Assembly: GCF_006345805.1 (NCBI RefSeq)
Contig: NW_021832171.1
Location: forward strand, 1-31,663
From: Octopus sinensis
Lineage: Eukaryota
Direction of reading: 5' to 3'
Length of the DNA stretch: 31,663 bases
In this document: positions 22,321 to 31,663 of the stretch, in pieces
Position numbering within the stretch: position 1 is the first letter of the stretch
How the letters are laid out: the number at the start of each line of letters is the position of its first letter
Translations under genes and position numbers: made by a program
The notes under the pieces: generated by a model
What the model was told of the DNA's origin: nothing
The model's input: the letters and a program-made list of their open reading frames with translations, nothing else
The model's database searches: none

Positions 22321-22927
22321 AACATTCCATACTCCTCGAAAATCTTTGACAAAATTGAAAACGACTTTGAATTTTTCTGAAATTAATTTAAAGTGTAAAA
22401 TTTGAAAGTACTGGTGAATGAATATAATATTACTCGATATTAAAAACATGAGTTTAGTTAAATTTATTTCTAAATAGCCTTGTTTTATTTAATAAAATTT
22501 GACAAGTTTGAGCATTAAAGTAAAGAATAAATGCTTTTGTACATCGGTGTGTGTTGTTTCTCACCCCGTTTATCATCTTTCCGAATGACAGAGAGAAATT
22601 TTACACCTTAATAGATCACATGTATCACTTGAGTACTTGCAAGGAACTGCCTTCATATAAGAAGAAAAGTGAAATTATGTTAATGCATTTGTAGTAAAAT
22701 ACAGCTCTGACATTTTAGCTACTGGGGAGAGAGAGAGAGAGGGGGGTAAAGAGAGATGGAGGAAGAGAGAGATGTGGGGTGCCTCTTTCCTTTGAATATC
22801 CAAAGCACATACTACAGCTTCTCACATCTTGGAAGATATACTCGTTCGTTTTGGTTACAAATCACACGGTTCTGATTTCAATTCTCTTTGGCCCCGTTTC
22901 AACTCTGAAACCATTATGCAAACTCAA

Positions 22928-22969
22928 ATCTATCTATCTGTCTACCTACCTACCTACCTACCTACCTAC

Positions 22970-23005
<36 letters not shown>

Positions 23006-23007
23006 AT

Positions 23008-23084
<77 letters not shown>

Positions 23085-23085
23085 A

Positions 23086-23170
<85 letters not shown>

Positions 23171-23178
23171 TATCTATA

Positions 23179-23233
<55 letters not shown>

Positions 23234-23234
23234 T

Positions 23235-23265
<31 letters not shown>

Positions 23266-23266
23266 C

Positions 23267-23314
<48 letters not shown>

Positions 23315-23334
23315 CTATCTATCTATCTATCTAT
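22928..23334. repeat. (TATC)n/(CTAC)n microsatellite, 5' flank of the LINE
   Basis: Visible directly. Confidence 0.97.
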
Positions 23335-23402
23335 TTAAAAGAAATTTAAAAGAAAAAATTCTCATAGCCTTCGTGGTTTCATTTAGCCATTTTAATTTCA
23401 AA

Positions 23403-25366
23403 ATGGCCACTGGTCACCACGAGGCTGAGGTGCAAGTCAAGCGTGACGCAGAGACAAAAAACAGGATGCCCTGCTAGCATACGCTGAACCTGACAACAAC
23501 ACCACCACCACCACCATCAGCATCGACAACAGCAACAACTATAAAACAAAGGTCGTAAGGCCAAGCACCATCAACACCGACACCACCACCATAGCAGCTT
23601 CTGCTACGACAACTGCTTCCTCTACCAACAACAACAAAACCAAGGTCACCGACACCCTCCTTGACGACGTTGAGTTCCCCACACTGCCTCTACCACAATC
23701 TCATAAAGCAGGGGAAATGGGGGAAAACAACACGAACGCTAACATCGCGACCTCCACTCACAAACTAGTAAACAACCCGATTTCACAGTTTACTACTACG
23801 ACGAACGACTCTGCCACAAACATCACCACCACCACCACCACCACCACCACCACCTCCACCTCCACAAAAAACAATTTCGCGGAAGCCATACGACCGAAAA
23901 GAAGAATCTTAAAATTCACTCACCAACAAATACAAGACGCAAAGTCCTTGCCCACCAAACAAGGCGACACAATACATTTAAATATTCCACGGAACATCAT
24001 AAAAGAAACACAAAAGAAGACCATCATTTACAGAATACTCAACACCAAAACAAAAAGACCGGAAAGCCTACCTAAAGAACAAATTGAAAAGTGCCTCTCT
24101 TCCGTGTGGAAATTCCGAAATAATGTGAATTGGGGAAGTAAATTTGCTACGGTGCAAGTTCACTTCCATACGGAAGAAGTAGCAAAAAGGTTTTCAACCT
24201 TACTCTGCGCACAGACCAGGTAACAATGGTACCAAGCTACCTTGGGCGCAGAATTACGAAAGTCACAATAAATAATGTGCCGCCAATGGTGAATACCAGT
24301 GGCTGGTATCGGCCATCTGCTTCGATATAGAAGAAGCAGATATTCTAGAAACAGCTGACATTCCAGAGGAAAGCTGGACGGGTAAAAAACTCGAAATATT
24401 GCTTCAAATCTCCAAGAAGTAATAAACAACAATTTACCAGCCTTTATTCAACTGGCAAACGACCCAAAAATTGTATGTAGTGGTGGAGGGCAGGAAGCCA
24501 AGATGCTATTTATGCAACAGTGAGGCAACCTTAGATACGAGTGCCCAACTGCTGTCAGAATTAGGCAACAGCAACCACTCCCCAAACCTGGAAGGAAACA
24601 CCTGCTACCCACACCTCCTTCAACCCAAAAGACAGGAAAAAACAGCGGACGATACAAAAACTGTTTCCCCCTCACCAACCACATCACCAAGAAGAGAATT
24701 ACCTCCGACATCGCAACCAACAAAAGAAGCAACATCACCACCAACATCAAAAGACAAACCAAACCAAACCAGCACCAAGAACAACAACCAAACAAACAAA
24801 ATTAATGACGAAAAGACAAATTCTGCCCCTAACACCCCAACAACCCACACAAAACAACAACACATCTACAAACACAATATAGATCCAAACGCTTTGCCTC
24901 TACCTCTTCTAATTCGGACGTCGTCTCCAACGACGAAAGTTCGACGGACAAATGGCAAATAGCCACAGGGGGTAAAAGGAAAGACCCAAAAACCCAAGAA
25001 AACGCAACCCAAGCAGGGAGATACCTGAACCCTGAAAGCTCCATACACAACCAAACAAGCACCAACCACACAAAACAACCACAATGCTATCAGCGATAGA
25101 CACCAAAGACTCCAAACTAATGGAGTACATCACAGGCTACACAAACATCTGTGAAGATGACTTCAAAACTAACACCCATCACGCACTACACCACCCAAAC
25201 ACATCAAAATACTACACATCACACAAACACAACACCACAAACTCAAAGCCTCTTCCCAAATACTGTAGGGGGTTTCCAAAAATATCTGTCCCAAAAACTT
25301 TATAAAAACCTTCTCCAAGACACATCAAAGAACGAGGAAGCAAAAACTTTCGACACAAGTAAGTAA
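23403..25366 (+). pseudogene. LINE ORF1 (gag-like; Thr-rich N-terminus, zinc knuckle), frameshifted
   Basis: ATG at 23403; segments 23717-24223 and 24471-24962. VPSYLGRRITKVTINNVPP and VVVEGRKPRCYLCNSE; restoring one base at ~24524 gives CYLCNSEG(N)LRYEC, i.e. CX2CX4(H)X4C spacing. Stop at 25364-25366. Confidence 0.75.
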
Positions 25367-25416
25367 CTCTCTGTACTTTCCTTTTTGTGCTTTAAAGCAC
25401 ACACCCCAATAGAATC

Positions 25417-28400
25417 ATGGTCAAGATTGCGCGTGGCTTGGGGTCTCCTTGGAAACAAGGATACCTCCTAAATGACATCAAGTCACACGATTTGGGAATC
25501 ATAGCCATAAGTGAGACCAGACTCCACGAGCCACGGGCCCTAAAGTCCATGTTTGGCGGACAGTTCAACATTTATACCGCCGAGGATGGGCGGTAGTGGC
25601 ACCGCGGTACTTTTTCACAAGAGCCTGGATCTCGAAGTCAAGACGATATTCGTAGACCCGGAAGTAGATGGTCGTTCTGGATGTCGACGGCAGCAATGGG
25701 TGCGCTTTTCGACTCGTATCAGTCTACGCACCGCCTTAACAGGTCGGCCGGATTTCTTTCGACGTCTAGAAGTATCCTGGGAACGTCTCGTCCTTTATTT
25801 TAGTGAGGATTGGAATGCTACCTTGGACACGCATCTAGACTATGTGGGGAGAGACAAAAACAGAAGGGGATGCAAATGCCTCAGAGACCTGCTCAGACGA
25901 TTCCAACTGTCTGACAGGTACCGACTCGACTACCCAAATGCACAACGTGGACATGGAGCAAGCAGTGGGTCGTCGAGATCGTATCTAGATAGGATACTAT
26001 GTAGGACAATAGACAAGGATAACTTAGATGTCCACAATTCCATACAGTCAGCTACACGGATCACAAATCGTGACGTGAAGGCTAGACTTAGATAAGGCAC
26101 ATTGACAGGGTCCTGGGTATGGAAACTGACATCATCTCCCGTCCAGACAAGTCCAGACAAGTTTTCAGAGACCGGATTAGCACACTAGTAAAGAGGGTTT
26201 TGACGGGAGCCATCATCAACAACAAACTGGTGGTTGCCCTCAAGAGAGCAGTAAAAGCAGAAGCGATTAGGTACAGCAAAGCACTAGCCATAGATAGAAA
26301 TAGAGTAGAGGGTTGAGCTAGTTAAGAAGCTAGAAGAGGGCAATTAGAAGCGGCATCGCATCCGACGTTTTGGGGCGAGGTGGCCCTCGACCAACACTTC
26401 AACGCCAAACACGAAGGATGTGCTGTCAGAGCTAGGATGCGTGCTCTAAGGAACGAAGGTGTTGGAACCGCAGAGAGAGAGGCCGGGTGACAGAGGCGCA
26501 GCAGGGCAACAAAGCCACCATTCGGTCTCTGGTAGATGAACAAGGGCCGCGAATTGCTCGAGCCAAGTAAAAGTGTGAGGCCTTTCAGCAGCATTTTGCC
26601 CGACTGTTCGGGACGAGTGGTGAGCGTGAACGCAGGGTGGATTCAGTGCCTACCTGCACAGCCTACCACGACTCTCGGCAAGAGAGGCAGAGTGCTGCGA
26701 AGGTACCATCACGGCGGCGGATGTGAAGGACGCGATGGCAGAATGCTCGAGAGACAAATCGCCGGGTTTGGATGGTCTGCCCTACGAGTTTTACATTGTA
26801 TGCCAGACTTGTTTGGAGACGTCTGGGCAGCGGTATACTGCAACTGGCAGCAAAACGGGAGCATACCCGGTTTCGTGAGTCGAGGAGCTGGAACACTGCT
26901 GAAGAAAGATCCAAACAAGGGGAACATTATAGATAACTTTAGACAATCACTCTGCCAATGCAGACCTGAAAATTTTGACAAAGGTGTTAGCCAAGAGGTT
27001 GGCGCTTGTCATCGAGAAACTGGCGACAACGCACAAACGTGCGCCGTGCCGGGCCGGAGCATCCATGACAACCTCCATCTGATGCGCTACATCATAGACA
27101 GGGTAGTTAACGAACCTGGCATGGGTGGGGCCCTGATCAACTTGGATCAATCGAAAGCCTTGATAGGGTAGACCATCGATACTTGGAGGCAGTCCTGAGA
27201 GCGGCTGGTTTCGGTCCCGTTTTCCGCGGCTGGATAGCTGCCTTGTACAGGGGCATCCGTTTGGTAATTCGCGTGAATGGACATCTATCGAGACCTTTCG
27301 ACATTGCACGTTCGGTCCGTCAGGGATGCCCCCTCTCGGCGCTTCTATACGTATTGACTCTTGAGCCACTACTGCGGAAGTTGGCGACTCTGAGGGGCAT
27401 CCCGCGAGAATTGGGATGCGGGACGAGCGTGTCTGCATACGCGGACGACATCACCGTCATAGTATCAAGCCACGAGCACATCGAGCGGGTCGGCGAGACA
27501 CTGAAAGACTACGAAGCGGTGACAGGAGCAAAAATCAACCGGGAAAAGTCAGTGGGCTTGCGACTCGGCACCTGGAGAAGCAAGCCCATGCCGTCCACCA
27601 GTACCTCCGTCGTGGGACGCTGGACAGACGGCCCGGTTGAGTTGCTCGGGGTCTGGTTCGGTCCGGACCTCCAAATGGAGAAGAACTGGAACGAGATAAC
27701 GAGTAGGGTGGTCACTCTCGCCCAGCAATGGGCCGAGAGGAAACTGTCCCTAAAAGGTCGGGCGGAGGTGGCGAACGCGTACATCGCGTCCATCATCTAC
27801 TACCGCCTGACCGTCGTACCTTGTCCCGACCCTACCATCACCAAACTAGAACGCATCCTCTTCCGCTTCTTGTGGAAAGGATGCGTCCCGATGGTCAGGC
27901 GATCCATTTGCTGTCAACACCCGTTAAAAGGAGGGCTGGGCATGCCGTGGTTGATGATGCGCAGACACGCGCTGAGACTGCGACATCTCCGGCTCTATGT
28001 AGACGACGGTGAACAGGTGTGGTCGCCGTTTGTGAGGCACGCATTCCCGCAACTTGTCTCCATGACCGAACTGCAGTCGTGGATCAAAAAGAGGCCGAGG
28101 AAGGGCGAATGGCACCGCGAGTGTCGCGTTGCTCTCAAGCAACTCTGTCGTCCCGGGTTGACCTTGAGTGACTTCAACACAACCAAAGCATTCTATAGGG
28201 GATTAGTGGAGGGGAGGTACGACGACGATCTCGGGGCAAACCTGGGCGTCGACGAGGAATACCCGACCCGCCTGGTTCAAACGACTTTCGGCCCGGGACC
28301 TATGGACAACTTCCAGAGATCCCTGGCCTGGCGGTGCTACCGAGAAGCGCTACCCGTTCGGGATAAGCTCTATAGGCATGGCTCAAGAAACACGGGGCCG

Positions 28401-28823
28401 ACCTGCCCGAGATGCGGGCAGAGCGACGAAACCGCTCTGCACTTACTCGTGCAGTGTCCAGCAATTTTCGACCTGTGGGCTTATGTCGAACAACTGCTGT
28501 TACGTGTGGCACGTGTCGGTTTATCAGCATAGTCTATCGTTAATATCGTCACGCCTCCTTCCTTCAAACGGGAAGGAAGAGCTATTTTTATCAAACTTGT
28601 GGCTATGGCGAAAGAATGTATCTGGTGGACGCGCCTGAAAGGATTAGAGACAAACACTTTCCTCTCTGGTCAATCTCTCATCAACTTCTTCAAGTACCAC
28701 TTGAGGAGGAAAGTGAGAGTAGAGAGGCAAGTTTTGTCTAGTGAATGTTTTAAAAAAAGATGGGTGAATGTAGCAAGGATGTCACGTATGAATGACGAAG
28801 CCACCTTGACTATGATTCTATGA
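25417..28823 (+). pseudogene. LINE ORF2: APE endonuclease, reverse transcriptase and C-terminal CCHC, with multiple frameshifts
   Basis: MVKIARGLGS..IIAISETRL, EDWNATLD, YLDRIL, YTDHK (APE); PGRSIHDN, NLDQSKA, VRQGCPLS, AYADDIT, WKG...GGLGMP (L1/Tx1 RT); [18 protein letters not shown]. Confidence 0.95.
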
Positions 28824-29181
28824 ACCATAAAAATTAATACAGAGAGTTGCTTATTTGCAAAAAAAAAATAATAAAAGAAAGAAATATAACATGTGACTTC
28901 ATTGACCGAGGTTACCGTGGTCTTTTCCGTAGGCTTTTCTTTCCACGGGGAAACCTCACCTGTCCTCCCCATTACACTTCATATTGACATTTCTGTGATA
29001 ACGATCCCTATTGATCAATTTTTTCCTCTCCCCCTTTTTTAACCCCCTCTTTTTTGTCCTCTTTCTCTCCTTTTACGATCCCTTTTGATCGAACCCCCCC
29101 TTTTTTTTACCTTCAAAAGAAAAGCTCTACCTTGTAATTTGTTCTATCTGTGTGCAGCCCTGTGTGGGTAATAAAGAAACG

Positions 29182-29259
<78 letters not shown>

Positions 29260-29290
29260 CCAATCTATCTATCTATCTATCTATCTACCA

Positions 29291-29353
<63 letters not shown>

Positions 29354-29357
29354 GTCT

Positions 29358-29394
<37 letters not shown>
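29182..29394. repeat. (TATC)n between LINE copies 1 and 2
   Basis: Visible directly, with variant units taccaatc, tctgtc and tattatc. Confidence 0.97.
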
Positions 29395-30479
29395 ACCGCG
29401 AGTGTCGCGTTGCTCTCAAGCAACTCTGCCGTCATGGGTCGACCTTAAGTGACTTCAACACAACCAAAGCATTCTATAGGGGTTTAGTGGAGGGGAGGTA
29501 CGACGACGAGCTCGGGGCGAACCTGGACGTCGACGAGGAGTACCTGACCCGCCTGTTCGGGACGACTTCGGGCCAGGGCCCATGGACAACTTCCAGAGAT
29601 CCCTGGCCTGGCAGTGCTACCGAGAAGCGCTACCCGTTCGGGATAAGCTCTTACAGACACGGCTCGAGAAACACGGGGCCGACCTGCCCGAGATGCGGTC
29701 AGAGCGACGAAACCGTTCTGCACGCACTCGTTCAGTGTCCAACAATTTCCGACCTGTGGGCTTATGTCGAACAACTGCTGTCACGTGTTGGACGAGTCTG
29801 TTTATCAGCTGAGTCTATCGTCAATATTGTCACGCCTCCTTCCTTCAAACGGGAAGGAAGCTATTTTCATCATCCTTGTGGCTATGGCGAAAGAATGTAT
29901 CTGGTGGACGTGTCTGAAAGGATTGGAGACAAAACCTTTCCTCTCTGGTCATCTCTCATCAACTTCTTCAAGTACACTTGAAAAGGAAAGTGAGAGTAGA
30001 GAGGCAAGTTTTGTCTAGCGAATGTTTTAAAAAAGTTGGGTGAATGTAGCAAGAATGGCAACGTATAATGACGAAGCCACCTTGAGCATAGTCCTATGAA
30101 CCCAGAAATCGTAAACAGAGAGTTGCTTATTTGCAAAAAAAAAAAGAAAAAAAAAAGAATAAAAATGTGACTTCATTGACCGAGGTTACCGTGGTCTTTT
30201 CCGTAGGCTTTTCTTTCCACGGGTAAACCTCACCTGTCCTCCCCTTTTACACTTCATATTGACATTTCTGTGATAACGATCCCTATTGACAATTTTTTTT
30301 CCTCTCCCACTTTTTTTTTTTTTTTAACACCCCCCTTTCTTTTGTCCTCTTTCTCTCCTTTTACGATCCCTTTTGATCGAAACTCCCCTTCCTTTTTTTT
30401 TTTTTTTTTTTAAACCTCAAAAGAAAAGCTCTACCTTGTAATTTGTTCTGTGTGCAGCCCTGTGGGCTAATAAGAAACA
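29395..30479 (+). mobile_element. 5'-truncated Tx1-like LINE copy 2
   Basis: Begins accgcgagtgtcgcg, homologous to 28114; ends ctaataagaaaca into tatc. Confidence 0.95.
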
Positions 30480-30564
<85 letters not shown>

Positions 30565-30602
30565 TTATCTATCTATCTACCAATCTATCTATCTGTCTAT
30601 CT
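30480..30602. repeat. (TATC)n between LINE copies 2 and 3
   Basis: Visible directly. Confidence 0.97.
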
Positions 30603-31663
30603 GGCTCTATGTAGACGACGGTGAACAGGTGTGGTCGCCGTTTGTGAGGCACGCTTTCCCGAAGCTCGTCTCCATGACCGAACTGCAGTCGTGGATCAAA
30701 AAGAGGCTGAGGAAGGGCGAATGGCACCGCGTGTGTGGCGTTGCTCTCAAGCAACTCTGCCGTCCTGGGTCGACCTTGAATGACTTCAACACAACCAAAG
30801 CATTCTATAGGGGATTAGTGGAGGGGAGGTACGACGACGCGCTCGGGGCGAACCTGGACGTCGACGAGGAGTACCTGACCCGCCTGTTCAGGACGACTTT
30901 CGGGTCAGGGCCCATGGACAACTTCCAGAGATCCCTGGCCTGGCAGTGCTACCGAGAAGCGCTACCCGTTCGGGATAAGCTCTACAGACACGGCTCGAGA
31001 AACACGGGGCCGACCTGCCCGAGATGCGGTCAGAGCGACGAAACCGCTCTGCACGCACTCGTGCAGTGTACGACCTGTGGCTTAGTCGAACAACTGCTGT
31101 CACGTGTAGACGAGTCGGTTTATCAGCTGAGTCTATCGTCAATATGTCACGCCTCCTTCCTTCAAACGGGAAGGAAGAGCTATTTTCATCATCCTTGTGG
31201 CTATGGCGAAAGAACGTATCTGGTGGACGCGTCTGAAAGGATTGGAGACAAATACTTTCCTCTCTGGTCAATCTCTCATCAACTTCTTCAAGTACCACTT
31301 GAAAAGGAAAGTGAGAGTAGAGAGGCAAGTTTTGTCTAGCGAATGTTTTAAAAAAAGATGGGTGAATGTAGCAAGGATGGCACGTATGAACCCAGAAATT
31401 GAAAACAGAGGGTTACCCGCTTGCAAACAAATGTGGTAACATATAACAATATTGACCAAGGTTACCGTGGTCTTTTTCGTAGGCTTTTCTTCCCACGGAT
31501 AAACCTTACTTGCTTTCCGCTTTACACCATATATCATAACACAGTGATACACGATCCCTATTGATCGTTCTTTTTTTCCTCTTCCCCTTTTTCCCCCTTT
31601 TTTCTTCTTTTTTCATTTCTCTTTTCTTTTGTCTTTTCTTTTTCTTTTTTTTCTTTTTATTCT
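30603..31663 (+). mobile_element. 5'-truncated Tx1-like LINE copy 3 (3' end outside the window)
   Basis: Begins ggctctatgtagacgacgg, homologous to 27991. ~33-bp deletion between two tatgaa repeats near 31388. 3' UTR is more diverged. Confidence 0.95.

Larger units (their letters stand above)
23335..29181 (+). mobile_element. Full-length L1/Tx1-clade non-LTR retrotransposon (~5.85 kb), copy 1
   Basis: 68-nt 5' UTR, ORF1, 50-nt spacer, ORF2 (APE-RT-CCHC), and a T-rich 3' UTR ending AATAAAgaaacg directly into (TATC)n. Confidence 0.95.

Noticed and set aside
24160-31552. Minus-strand and alternate-frame ORFs over the LINE copies
   Set aside because: Antisense or out-of-frame by-products of the GC-richer ORF1/ORF2 sequence.

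Overview
This is AT-rich, microsatellite-dense animal genomic DNA with no recognisable intact host gene. The tRNA-derived SINE families look like those of octopus (inferred from recognising the sequences, not from a database search). Two systems stand out. (1) Bases 1-6643 hold three sequence-distinct tandem repeat families (units of about 484, 504 and 472 bp), each bordered by (AT)n tracts. Each unit carries a type I hammerhead ribozyme motif with a near-palindromic stem III, and each array is folded head-to-head in a twin-priming-like geometry. They share a terminal hairpin plus a short motif, and look like retrozyme or Penelope-like-element (PLE) non-autonomous retroelements that insert into (AT)n. 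(2) Bases 23335-31663 hold a full-length L1/Tx1-clade LINE and two 5'-truncated relatives, stacked head-to-tail. Every visible junction lies in (TATC)n and there is no poly(A) tail, which suggests a family that targets GATA/TATC microsatellites. The window also contains an internally deleted mariner with perfect 30-bp TIRs, a decayed hAT transposase, a possible older decayed LINE, AT-embedded foldbacks and many SINEs. Most ORFs in the supplied track are microsatellite or antisense artefacts.
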